A stretch of DNA of 64,000 nucleotides, from positions 2,304,001 to 2,368,000 of the forward strand of contig CAWGHO010000002.1 of NCBI GenBank assembly GCA_963822445.1, in the 5' to 3' direction. Under the pieces are notes generated by a model, which saw only the letters and a program-made list of their open reading frames with translations, was not told the origin of the DNA and searched no databases. Source of the DNA: an uncultured Acidobacteriota bacterium (GTDB taxonomy: Bacteria > Acidobacteriota > Thermoanaerobaculia > Gp7-AA8). Made by a program: the position numbers and the translations under genes. Shown in pieces: positions 29,638-39,546 of the stretch (positions are counted from its first letter, which is position 1; each line of letters starts with the position of its first letter).

Positions 29638-30284
29638 CAACGGTCCCGATTGCTAGACTCGCGGAACGCATGACCCAGGAAGAGCGGTCCGAAAAATCCC
29701 GACAACAGATTCTCGACGCCGCGCTGAAGCTTTTCTCGCATCGCGGTTATGGCGCTACCAGCGTCCGTGACATCGCCGAGGAAGCGAGCGTTTCGAAAGG
29801 AAACGTGTATCACCACTTTCCTGATAAAGAGACGATCTTCCGGGCGCTGATCGAGCGCTACTTCGAAGCGATGTCCGCGCCGGACTTTCCATTCAATCGC
29901 GCCCTGGCCAATGGTGAGTTTCCGGAAAACCTGGAAGAGATCGGACACGCCGTGCGCGAGATCGTTCGCGATTATCGCGAGTACGTCGCGCTGATTTACG
30001 TCGACGTCGTGGAGTTCGACGGCACGCACGTCCGCAAGTTCTACGAGAACATGTCCGACCGTTTCACCACGTTCATGCGGGCCACAGGAATGGAGCAGGT
30101 CCTGGAGGGCAAACTGGCCGAAGGGCTGTCGCCCGTGTCGGCGGTCATGCTGGCCACGCGGATCTTCTACAACTACTTCACCGTCGAGATCCTCTTCGGC
30201 GTGAAGGATCACTTCGGCAAGGACACCGATGCCGCGGTGAAGGAGATCTCGCGGATTCTGCGGCATGGGATGTTGCGATCGTAG
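29634..30284 (+). CDS. TetR/AcrR transcriptional regulator
   Basis: ILDAALKLF..GYGATSVRDIA..KGNVYHHF. Confidence 0.95.
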   Translation: MTTVPIARLAERMTQEERSEKSRQQILDAALKLFSHRGYGATSVRDIAEEASVSKGNVYHHFPDKETIFRALIERYFEAMSAPDFPFNRALANGEFPENLEEIGHAVREIVRDYREYVALIYVDVVEFDGTHVRKFYENMSDRFTTFMRATGMEQVLEGKLAEGLSPVSAVMLATRIFYNYFTVEILFGVKDHFGKDTDAAVKEISRILRHGMLRS

Positions 30285-30450
30285 TTGCGGGGTTACGGGG
30301 TTTCGAGGTTGCGGGGTGGTTGTCGGGTGATCAGGTTGTCGGGTTGTCAGGTGGATGCCGCACCTGACAACCCGACAACCCGACAACCCGACAACCTGAC
30401 AACCTGGCAACCACCTCGAAACCCCGTAACCCCGAAACCTCGAAACCCCG
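30284..30450. repeat. Nested inverted 8-mer tandem-repeat element
   Basis: Outer GGGGTTAC/GTAACCCC-type arms enclose inner GGGTTGTC/GACAACCC-type arms. Confidence 0.9.
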
Positions 30451-30454
30451 GCGC

Positions 30455-30482
30455 TTGACATCTTCTACAAATGTAGTAGCAT
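30455..30482 (+). promoter_or_regulatory. Sigma-70 promoter with BlaI-type operator
   Basis: TTGACA-16nt-TAGCAT; CTACAAATGTAG (TACAnnTGTA) at 30465-30476. Confidence 0.8.
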
Positions 30483-30506
30483 CTCCACGTTCTGTAGGAG
30501 GTGCGG

Positions 30507-30899
30507 ATGCCGGCGTCACCCAAAATCAAGCTGACCCGTCTCGAGCTGGAGATCATGCAGTACCTCTGGAAGCTCGGCGAGGTCGCGGTGCGGGAGATCC
30601 AGGAAGCGATCCCCGCGTCGAAGCGTCCCGCGTACACGACCGTCCAGACCATCCTCACCAGGCTCGAGGAAAAGGGGGCCGTGCGCCGCACGCGGAAGAT
30701 CGGTAACGCCCATCTCTTCGAGGCCGTGCTGACGAAGAAGGGGATGTACGAGCGGCTCGTCGATGAGCTGCTCGATCTGTTCGGCGGCAGCCCCGAGCCG
30801 CTGGTCTCCCATCTCGTCGACTCGGGGAAGCTGACGCTCGAGGACCTCAAGCACGCGGAGGAGCGTCTCGCCTCCGCGCCGAAGAAGGGGACGCGATGA
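30507..30899 (+). CDS. BlaI/MecI/CopY family repressor
   Basis: LELEIMQYLW, AYTTVQTILTRLEEKG; AGGAG RBS. Confidence 0.93.
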   Translation: MPASPKIKLTRLELEIMQYLWKLGEVAVREIQEAIPASKRPAYTTVQTILTRLEEKGAVRRTRKIGNAHLFEAVLTKKGMYERLVDELLDLFGGSPEPLVSHLVDSGKLTLEDLKHAEERLASAPKKGTR

Positions 30900-32494
30900 A
30901 TTTCCTGCACGCCAATACGCCGTTCCTCGTCGTCTTCGCCGCCGCCGCCATCGCCGCTGTTGCTCTGGGATTGTTCGCCCAACGATTCCTGCGCGCGGCA
31001 TCGTCGCGACACGCGGTGCTGCTGGCGACTTTGCTTCTGCCGCCGGTGCTCTTCGCCGCGGCGGCACTCGGATTACGCGCGCCACTCGCGGCACAGCCGG
31101 CGGCTTCGAGCGCTGACGTTTCGATGTCGATCGTCTTTGCGCCTGCGACGAACACCACCGGCAATCTTGCGACGGTCCTCTTTTCGCTGTGGCTGATCGG
31201 CACGACGATCGCCCTCGCCCGGATCGCGCTCGAAGCCATCCGCTGGCGGCGCATCGCCGAGCGCGCGGAACCGATCACCGACTGGGATCTTCTGTCGCGG
31301 TTCGACTCGACCTGCGCTCTTGCGCGGTCGAATGAATGCGCGGAGCCGGCCGTCATCGGCATCGTCGATCCGCTGATCGTTCTGCCGGCGGCCTACGAGC
31401 TCGAGCCGGCGGAGCTCGACGCCGTGTTCGCGCACGAGCTCGCGCACGTAATGCGCCGCGACAACCTCATCGCGCTGACCGTGCAGATCGTCTGCGCGCT
31501 GTTCTGGTTCGACCCGCTGCATCGCATCGCCCGGCGCAAGCTGGTCGAGCTCCGCGAGCGCGTCTGCGACGAGCTCGTGCTCGATCGCGGTTGCGATGCC
31601 GAGGCTTACATCACGGCGCTCGCGCGCAGCACGCGGTCGACGCTCGCTCCCCAACACGCCGTGGCCTGCATGAGCCGCCTCAAGCTCGAGGAAAGGATGG
31701 AATCGATCATGACACACGAGAACCGCCGCCGTTTCCCTGTCTGGATCACCCGCGCATTCGTCACCGTCGCCGTGGCCGTAGCGGCCATCGGCTTTGCCAC
31801 GTTCTCGCCGGCACCGGTCGTCATCGCCGGCGAGGCCGGTCAGGCGCAATACGACTTCGACGTGCACGTCATGCGGCACGAGGACGGCCGCTTCACCCTC
31901 GTCGTTCGCATCGACACGCCGGAGGGCCCGATCAGCTCATTCGCCGTCGTTCGCTCCGCGCCCGACGCGCGCACGATCAGCACGACGCACAACGGCAAGA
32001 CCTATCGCGTCGACGTGCAGCTCGCCGCGGATGGATCGGCAACGGGCAAGTTCGACGTGACCGCGGGGGCGGCCACGCTCGCCAGCGCGGGCAAGCAGTT
32101 CGCCGCGCCGACGCGCACCTCGCCGATGCTCGCTCCGCCCGCGCCTCCGCAGCCCGGCTCGGAAGCTCTGGCGAAGAAGATCGCAGGGAACGACGCGGAA
32201 GCCCTGCTGAAGAAGATCGAAGTGAACATGACCCCGCCGAAGCCGGTGCACACCGTCGAGCCGATCTACCCCGGGGAAGCGAAAGACAACGGGATCTACG
32301 GGGTCGTCATCATCGAAGCTTCGATCAGCGAGACCGGCCTGGTCACCGACACGAAGGTCTTGAAAGGGCTGCCGTACGGATTGGACAAGGCCGCCGAGGA
32401 TGCGGTCCGTCAGTGGCGGTTCGAACCGGCCACCCGTGACGGGAAGCCGGTTCCGGTGACGTTCAATCTGACGGTGAACTTCAAACTCGATTGA
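30896..32494 (+). CDS. BlaR1-like M56 peptidase fused to TonB C-terminal domain
   Basis: HELAH, FWFDP, ERVCD; YPGEA..GVVII..AVRQWRFEP. Confidence 0.92.
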   Translation: MNFLHANTPFLVVFAAAAIAAVALGLFAQRFLRAASSRHAVLLATLLLPPVLFAAAALGLRAPLAAQPAASSADVSMSIVFAPATNTTGNLATVLFSLWLIGTTIALARIALEAIRWRRIAERAEPITDWDLLSRFDSTCALARSNECAEPAVIGIVDPLIVLPAAYELEPAELDAVFAHELAHVMRRDNLIALTVQIVCALFWFDPLHRIARRKLVELRERVCDELVLDRGCDAEAYITALARSTRSTLAPQHAVACMSRLKLEERMESIMTHENRRRFPVWITRAFVTVAVAVAAIGFATFSPAPVVIAGEAGQAQYDFDVHVMRHEDGRFTLVVRIDTPEGPISSFAVVRSAPDARTISTTHNGKTYRVDVQLAADGSATGKFDVTAGAATLASAGKQFAAPTRTSPMLAPPAPPQPGSEALAKKIAGNDAEALLKKIEVNMTPPKPVHTVEPIYPGEAKDNGIYGVVIIEASISETGLVTDTKVLKGLPYGLDKAAEDAVRQWRFEPATRDGKPVPVTFNLTVNFKLD

Positions 32495-32500
32495 CCCTGG

Positions 32501-32610
32501 AGCGGGCGGTGGGCAGCGGGCGGCGGGCGGCGGGCAGTAGCTAGAACCCCGAATGGTCTGCAGAGGAGCAACTTGCTTCCTGCCCGCTGCCCACTGCCCG
32601 CTGCCCACTA
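32501..32610. repeat. Inverted 7-mer tandem-repeat element (GGGCRGC / GCTGCCC)
   Basis: 5 units, ~40-nt spacer, 4 reverse-complement units between convergent genes. Confidence 0.88.
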
Positions 32611-32620
32611 CCACGCCCGT

Positions 32621-35116
32621 CTACTTCCGCTTCTTCGTCTTCCAGCGCTGACCACCGGCTTCTTCGGCCAGGGCGTCCCAGCGCGGATCGTCGTGCAGCG
32701 CTTCGAGGTCGTCGTCCTGATGCATGTGGTGGCTCAGCTCGAAGCCTTCGGCGCGGGCCTTCTCCAGCCACTGGAAGGCGGCGTCGCGGTTGCCCTGGAG
32801 GGCGTAGCCGCAGGCGATGTTGTAGGACGACGTGCCGACGCGGTAGCCGAGTGAGATGGCGCGGTTGAAGGCATCGTTGCCGGTCTGGAAGTCGCGGGCC
32901 TGCAGGGCGGTGAAGCCGAGGTTGAACCACGCGCGGCCGGACTGGGGGTACCTCATGGTCAGGGCGCGGTGATGCGCGGCAACCTTGCGCCACTGGCCGC
33001 GGTCGTCGTCGTCATCCCACTCGTCGTCGCAGCAGCCGCGCATCTCCAGGTCTTCCGCTTTCTGGCGGAGGGCGTCGAAGCCGTTCTGCTGGCGGAGCAG
33101 GGCGATGTCCGGATCGTTCAGGAGCTTCTCGTCGCTGGAGAAGCCGTTCTCGATCGACTTGTCGAGCCAGAGCATGCCGTTGCGGGCATCGCCCTTGAGC
33201 GAGTAGGCGCAGGCGATGTTGTACATCGACGTGCCGACCTTCTCGCCGCGCTTGATTGCGTTCTGGAAGGCGTTGATGCTCTCGTCGAACCGGCGAAGGC
33301 GGAGCAGGTCCAGGCCGACGTCGGCCCAGTCGTTGCTACCGTCGAAGATCTCGTCGAATCCCTTGCCGACGGCATCGCCGACGCGCTGGCTCACGCTGTC
33401 GCCGATGGCGTTGGCGATGACGTTGCCCACGCGGTTGCTCACGTCGTCGCCGCCCGTGACCTGGAGTTTCTTGTAGCGCTCCATGGTCTCGGTGACGCGC
33501 CGCGTGGCGACGTCGCTGCCGCCCTGCGCGACGAGGCGCTGGAAGCCGGCGTCGTTGCGGATCGGATCGAAGTCGGAATCGTCGGCGATGTGGTCGAAGT
33601 CATCCCAGCCGGCGTTGATGGCCTTGGCCAGCGATTCGGTGGCACGGCGGGCATCGCCGAGGAGCGCGTAGGAGCAGGCGGCGTTGTACAGCGCCGTTTC
33701 CACCTTGTAGCCCTCGTCGGCGGCGCGATGGAACGCGATCGCCGCATCGGCATACCGGTCGGAGCGATAGAGGTCATAAGCCCGCTCGTACCAGTCCTCG
33801 GCATCCTGCGGCGTGCGCAGGAACTTGTCCGCGCGCTTGTCGTACTTGCCGAGCTTCGCGAGGAGGTAGTCCTCGATGGCCTCGACGTCCGGGGTGACGG
33901 TCATCTGGGCGTCGGTGGTCTGCGACTCTTCGACTTTCGCCTTCGCGGCGACGTCCTGCGGCTTCGGCTGCTCCGCGGTCAGACGCAGCGCGGAGACGGG
34001 GATGATCACGGCGACGGCAAGGGCACACGCGACCGCGACACCGCGGCCGCTCAGAATGCGGCGGGCTACATCAGGCTGAAGAATCGACAAGAGACGTCCC
34101 TCCAATTGGGATTTACGCGACATCGCGAGCGTGACGGAGCGGAACGGATCGAAGGTGGGCATGGAGCGGGCGATCGCCAGCAGGTGATCCGCGTACTCGG
34201 ACGGCTTGGTGCCGCCGGCGAGGACGAGGTCATCGCACGCGCGCTCGCATTCGCTGCGGCCGGCGCGCTCGAGTGACCAGGCCAGCGGGTGATACCAGAA
34301 GATCGAGACGGCGATGCGGGTGACGATCAGGGAGATGCCGTCGAAACGCTTGAGATGCGCGAGCTCGTGCATGAGCACGACGCGCAGGCGCTCGGCCGGC
34401 CAGGTCACGACGTCCGCGGGCAGAAGCAGCACGGGCTTGAAGAAGCCCCACAGCACCGGGACGCTGATGCGGCCGGAGCGGAGCAGGCGGACGTCGCGGC
34501 TGAGGGCCAGCGCGTCGCGGGCGTGGTCCAGCTCGACCAGCGCCGCATCCTGAGTCAACTCCTCGGCATTCTTGGACACGTGCCACACGCCGGCCATGCC
34601 CAGGAGCATCTGGCCGAACATCAACAGGGTCATGCCGCCCAGGGCCAGGGCGATCATGCCCTTCCAGGTCGACTGGGTGATGTTCATCGCCCGGCTCATC
34701 GCCGTCAGCGGCTCGTCGGGAACGACGCCCGTGGCCTTGGCCAGGGAGATGGCGGTGCCGATCGAGGCGGACGCACCACCGGTCACGGTGACGGTCTGGC
34801 CGCCCTCTTCGGCGTCCGTGGCGCCCACGATCGACTTCGGACCGGTCTTGGTCTCGGTTGCCGCAGCAGCCGCAGCGGGCTTCTCGACGACGATGTGCCA
34901 CGCCGGCACGACCACGGTCGCGATCGGCATCGCTGCCACGGCGACGAGTGCGGCCGTCGCGACGATGTGCTTCGTCGCGGCGGATGCCCGCGGCATCGCC
35001 ATCAGCAGCACCCGCGCAATGGCCAGAATCAGCGTGGCCTTGAGGATGACCAGGAGCATGGTCTCCACGGCGCCGGCGGCCTGAAGTCTCGCAGCGAGCT
35101 CGAATAGGGTGGTCAT
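32621..35116 (-). CDS. BlaR1-like M56 peptidase with TPR sensor domains
   Basis: HELAH, FWYHP, ERACDD; three YNxACxY TPR-end repeats. Confidence 0.92.
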   Translation of the reverse strand: MTTLFELAARLQAAGAVETMLLVILKATLILAIARVLLMAMPRASAATKHIVATAALVAVAAMPIATVVVPAWHIVVEKPAAAAAATETKTGPKSIVGATDAEEGGQTVTVTGGASASIGTAISLAKATGVVPDEPLTAMSRAMNITQSTWKGMIALALGGMTLLMFGQMLLGMAGVWHVSKNAEELTQDAALVELDHARDALALSRDVRLLRSGRISVPVLWGFFKPVLLLPADVVTWPAERLRVVLMHELAHLKRFDGISLIVTRIAVSIFWYHPLAWSLERAGRSECERACDDLVLAGGTKPSEYADHLLAIARSMPTFDPFRSVTLAMSRKSQLEGRLLSILQPDVARRILSGRGVAVACALAVAVIIPVSALRLTAEQPKPQDVAAKAKVEESQTTDAQMTVTPDVEAIEDYLLAKLGKYDKRADKFLRTPQDAEDWYERAYDLYRSDRYADAAIAFHRAADEGYKVETALYNAACSYALLGDARRATESLAKAINAGWDDFDHIADDSDFDPIRNDAGFQRLVAQGGSDVATRRVTETMERYKKLQVTGGDDVSNRVGNVIANAIGDSVSQRVGDAVGKGFDEIFDGSNDWADVGLDLLRLRRFDESINAFQNAIKRGEKVGTSMYNIACAYSLKGDARNGMLWLDKSIENGFSSDEKLLNDPDIALLRQQNGFDALRQKAEDLEMRGCCDDEWDDDDDRGQWRKVAAHHRALTMRYPQSGRAWFNLGFTALQARDFQTGNDAFNRAISLGYRVGTSSYNIACGYALQGNRDAAFQWLEKARAEGFELSHHMHQDDDLEALHDDPRWDALAEEAGGQRWKTKKRK

Positions 35117-35117
35117 G

Positions 35118-35513
35118 TCAGCGTCCTTCCTTCTTGGCCTGCTCGATGAGTGAGGACAACCTGTCGAGCTCGTCGTCGGTGATGTTTGCTCTCTGCTTTT
35201 CGATGAGCGTGGCCACGACGTTGGCGGCGGAGCCGTCGAAGAACGTGGTCAGGAGCTGATCGAGCGCGGAGAGGCGCACTTTTTCCCTGTTGGTGGTGGG
35301 GAGGTACACGTAACGCGCGCCGTCGTGCTGATGTTTCAGGTGCCCCTTCTGCTCGAGGATGCGCAGCGTGGCCCGGACAGCGGAGTAGCTGGGCGGCTCG
35401 GCCATGGCCTCGAGGACTTCCGTGGCCGTGGCCTGCCCGCGGGCAAAGATGATGTTCATCATCTCCCGCTCGCGACGACTGAGGCTTTCTGTGGTCTTGG
35501 GCACGCTGGTCAC
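35118..35513 (-). CDS. BlaI/MecI/CopY family repressor
   Basis: LSRREREMM, SYSAVRATLRILEQKG, FFDGS. Confidence 0.93.
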   Translation of the reverse strand: MTSVPKTTESLSRREREMMNIIFARGQATATEVLEAMAEPPSYSAVRATLRILEQKGHLKHQHDGARYVYLPTTNREKVRLSALDQLLTTFFDGSAANVVATLIEKQRANITDDELDRLSSLIEQAKKEGR

Positions 35514-35521
35514 TCTCCGGG

Positions 35522-35555
35522 TGCTGAATTTTTAACAGGTGCTGGAAATTTAGCA
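35522..35555. promoter_or_regulatory. Tandem imperfect palindromes, candidate operator of second BlaI
   Basis: TGCTGAATTTTTAACA and TGCTGGAAATTTAGCA immediately upstream of the gene. Confidence 0.55.
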
Positions 35556-35607
35556 GTGGATACGGGCGGGGGCAAGGGAGGGTTGCGGGCGTCACCGTTT
35601 GTTAACA

Positions 35608-35686
35608 GGGTTACGGGGTTGCGGGGTTACGAGGTTTCGGGGTGGGCGGAACCCCGAAACCCCGTAACCTCGTAACCCCGCAACCT
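35608..35686. repeat. Inverted 8-mer tandem-repeat element (GGGGTTAC type)
   Basis: 4 units, short spacer, 4 reverse-complement units. Confidence 0.9.
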
Positions 35687-35723
35687 CTTGTACGATGCGC
35701 GCGCTTCACGCGACGGAGGACGA

Positions 35724-36698
35724 ATGCCCGGCCCAATCACCAACTTCATCGACCACCACTACCGCCACTTCAACGCGGCCGCGCTCAAGGCGGCGGCGAT
35801 TGATTACAACAAGCATCTCGACAAGGGTGGGCAGATGCTCATCACGCTGGCGGGGGCGATGTCGACGGCGGAGCTGGGGTTGTCGCTGGCGGAGATGATC
35901 CGGCAGGACAAGGTCCAGGCCATCAGCTGCACGGGCGCGAACCTCGAGGAGGACATCTTCAACCTCGTGGCGCACGACTGCTACGAGCGCGTGCCGCACT
36001 ACCGCTACCTGTCCGCGCTCGACGAGCAGGCCCTGCTCGAGCGGCACATGAACCGCGTGACCGACACCTGCATCCCCGAAGGGGAGGCCATGCGCCGCAT
36101 CGAGAAGGCCGTGCTCAAGCACTGGATGGACAAGGACAAGGAAGGCAAGCGGCTGTTCCCGCACGAGTTCATGTACGAGATCATCCGCGACGGCTCGATC
36201 GCGGAGTTCTACCAGATCGATCCGAAGAACTCCTGGATGGTCGCCGCGGCGGAGAAGAACCTGCCCATGTTCGTCCCCGGCTGGGAGGACTCGACCCTCG
36301 GCAACATGTATTCGGGCCACTGCATCTCCGGCGACGTGAAGAACGTCCACACCGTGCGCACCGGCATCGAGTACATGATCGAGCTGGCCGACTACTACAC
36401 GCGCATGTCCGCGAAGAGCCCGATCGGCTTCTTCCAGATCGGCGGCGGCATCGCTGGCGACTTCCCGATCTGCGTCGTTCCCATGCTCCACCAGGACCTC
36501 CAGCGCGTCGACGTCCCGCTCTGGGGCTACTTCTGCCAGATCAGCGACTCCACCACGAGCTTCGGCTCCTACTCCGGCGCCGTCCCCAACGAGAAAATCA
36601 CCTGGGGCAAGCTCGGAGTGGACACGCCGAGCCACGTGATCGAAAGCGACGCGTCGATCGTGGCGCCGCTGGTGTTTGCGTATGTATTGGGATGGTGA
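35724..36698 (+). CDS. Deoxyhypusine synthase-like protein (possible homospermidine synthase)
   Basis: TGANLEED, IGGG, GSYSGAVPNEKITWGK with catalytic Lys; GGAGG RBS. Confidence 0.9.
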   Translation: MPGPITNFIDHHYRHFNAAALKAAAIDYNKHLDKGGQMLITLAGAMSTAELGLSLAEMIRQDKVQAISCTGANLEEDIFNLVAHDCYERVPHYRYLSALDEQALLERHMNRVTDTCIPEGEAMRRIEKAVLKHWMDKDKEGKRLFPHEFMYEIIRDGSIAEFYQIDPKNSWMVAAAEKNLPMFVPGWEDSTLGNMYSGHCISGDVKNVHTVRTGIEYMIELADYYTRMSAKSPIGFFQIGGGIAGDFPICVVPMLHQDLQRVDVPLWGYFCQISDSTTSFGSYSGAVPNEKITWGKLGVDTPSHVIESDASIVAPLVFAYVLGW

Positions 36699-36701
36699 TC
36701 G

Positions 36702-39546
36702 ATGAGATCAGTTACGAGGTTACGAGGTTACGGGGTTGCGGGGTTGTTCATCTGCTCGTTCGCTTTGAGTTCCACCTCGCAACCTCGTAACCCCGAAACC
36801 CCGCAACCCATCATCGAAAAACACATCCGCACCCTCTCCTCGGACGCGATGGAAGGGCGCGGCCTCAACACCAAGGGCCTTGCTTCCGCCGCTTCTACAT
36901 CGAAAACCAGCTCCGCGACGCGAAGCTCGAGCCGGCCTTCGGCAAGTCCTACCGCCAGAAGTTTCCGGTGAAGATCGGCGTGGCCCTCGGCGAGAAAAAC
37001 GCGATCGAAGGGTTGTCGAAGGACGACTGGACGCCGCTCGGATTCTCCAGCCCGGGCACGTTCTCCGGACCGATCGCATTCGTCGGCTACGGCATCGACG
37101 CGCCGCCGATGAACTACCGCGAGTACGAAGGCATCGATCTCAAAGGAAAGGTCGCGCTGATGCTGCGCTACGAGCCGCAGGAGCGCGATGAGAAGTCGGT
37201 GTTCGACGGTCGCCGTCCGAGCCGCTGGTCCGCGCTGCGCTACAAGGCGATGCAGGCGCGCGAGCGCGGCGCGGTTGCCGTGATCTTCGTGACCGGACCG
37301 CTGCAGGACGAAGCGAAGGACAAGATCCCCGCGCTCGCGAATGACGGCCCGGAGTCTCCGGCCGGTCTGCCTGTGATTCAGGTGAAGACGTCCGTCGCGC
37401 AGAAGTGGGTGGACATTGCCCAATTTCAAAAGGATGTCGACGCGGACATGAAGCCGCGCTCGCGCGTCCTCGATCGCACGCTCAGCGGAACGGTGGACGT
37501 GAAGGCCACCTACGCCGAAGCGGAGAACGTCGCCGGCATCATTCCCGGCCGCGGAAAGCTGAAGGACGAGATCGTCGTCATCGGCGCCCACTACGACCAC
37601 CTGGGCCATGGGCGGCCGCGGCTCGATGAAGCCGAACGACAACGCCATTCACAACGGTGCCGACGACAACGCGTCCGGAACCGCGGCGGTGCTCGTCGCG
37701 GCTCGCAGACTGGCTGACTTACTCAAAGGTGCCCAGGACCGCCGCACGATCCTCATCGCTCTCTTCTCCGCCGAAGAAACAGGTCTCGGCGGCTCGGCTT
37801 ACTTCGTCGGCAACTCGCCGGTACCTGTCCAGAAGGTCGTTGCCATGATCAATCTGGACATGGTCGGCGCGATGAAAGACGACAAGCTCATCGCCCTCGG
37901 CAGCGAATCAGCGCCGGAATGGAAGCCGTTGCTCGAGCGCGTGTCGACCGACCTGAAGATGACCATCGCCGCGAGCGGCGACGGATACGGCCCCTCCGAT
38001 CAGACCAGTTTTTACGCGAAGCAGATTCCGGTACTGCACTTCTTCACCGGCACACACGAGCGCTATCACACGCCCGACGACGACGCCGACGCGATCAACT
38101 TCGCCGGTGCCGAACGCGCCGCGGAAGTGACGACGCGCGTTGCTGCCGCACTGGCGAAAGGCGATGTGACGCCGGCGTACGCACGAGCGACGTCCGCCCC
38201 GGCCATGGAAGGCGACAGCCGCGGCTACGGCGCCTGGCTCGGCACGATTCCCGATTTCAGCGCGATGGAATCCGACGTCGGGCGGCGTGAAGCTGGCCGA
38301 CGTTCGCGCCGGCGGTCCGGCTGACAAAGCCGGCATCAAGGGCGGCGACGTGCTCGTGGAGATGGCGGGCACGCGCATCGAGAACCTGTACGACATGACG
38401 TTCGCGCTGCAGGATCACAAGCCGAACGAGACGATCGACGTGGTCGTGCTGCGCGACGGAAAGCGGATGACGCTGCGCGCGACGCTGGGATCGCGGGCAT
38501 CCGTTGCCGCGCCGACCGCGCCGCACGGCGCCGCGGCGGAGATGCAGATCAAAGCCGGCAAGCCGTTCGAGAAAACGGTCGACGGCGAGAAGCATCTGAA
38601 GGACATCCGCCAGCTGACGTTCGGCGGGGAGAATGCCGAGGCGTATTTCAGTCCGGATGGGAAGAAGCTGATCTACCAGTCGACCGCGGAGCGCGGCGGA
38701 TGCGATCAGCAGTACGTCATCGACCTGGTCAGCGGCGAGACGAAGATGGTCTCCAGCGGCAAGGGGCGGACGACCTGCGGTTACTTCTCCTGGCCGGTCG
38801 GCGATCGCATTCTTTACGCGTCGACCGAGGCTGCTGATTCGAGTTGTCCGCCGCCGCCGGATCGGGCCAAGGGCTACATCTGGGGCGTTTATCCGTCGTA
38901 CGACATCTACGTCGCGAAAGCGGACGGCTCGAGCCCGAAACGCATCACCACCACGGCGGGCTACGACGCCGAAGCGACCTGGTGTCACAAGGGCGGCAAG
39001 ATCATCTTCACCTCCGTGCGCGACGGCGATCTCGATCTGTACGAGATGGACGAGAACGGCGGGAACGTGAAAAAGCTGACGACGTCCGCGGGATACGACG
39101 GCGGCGCGTTCTACAACGGCGATTGCACGGAGATCGTGTGGCGCGCGTCGCGGTTCAGCGATCCGGCGCAGCTCGCCGATTACCGCTCGCTGCTCGCGGA
39201 AGGGTTCGTGCGGCCCTCGAAGATGGAGCTGTTCGTCGCCAAAGCGGATGGCTCGGGCGCGAAGCAGATCACTTCCAACGGTGCGGCGAACTTCTGTCCG
39301 TTCTTCACGCCGGACGGCAAGCGAATCATCTTCGCCTCGAACATGCTCGATCCGCGCGGCCGCGAGTTCGACATCTTCATCGTCAACAAAGACGGCAGCG
39401 GCACGCCCGAGCGGATCACCACCGCGGCGGCGTTCGACGGCTTCCCGATGTTCAGCCCCGATGGGAAGTATCTGGTGTGGGCGTCGAACCGTTCGAATCC
39501 CGAGGGGCGGGAGACGAATCTGTTCATCGCGAAGTGGGTGGAGTAG
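36702..39546 (+). CDS. M28 peptidase (PA insert) - PDZ - PD40/TolB fusion; 3 apparent frameshifts (~36895, ~37607, ~38281)
   Basis: LSSDAMEGRG, GAHYDHLG, GADDNASG, FSAEE, SDQ, YH; PDZ GPADKAG; FSPDG repeats across consecutive ORFs. Confidence 0.8.
36711..36809. repeat. Inverted 8-mer tandem-repeat element within 5' end of peptidase CDS
   Basis: GRGGTTAC-type arm and GTAACCYC-type arm flank the codons for LFICSFAL. Confidence 0.85.

Noticed and set aside
30896-35116. Beta-lactam resistance locus
   Set aside because: M56 proteins lack a penicillin-binding sensor and no beta-lactamase is adjacent
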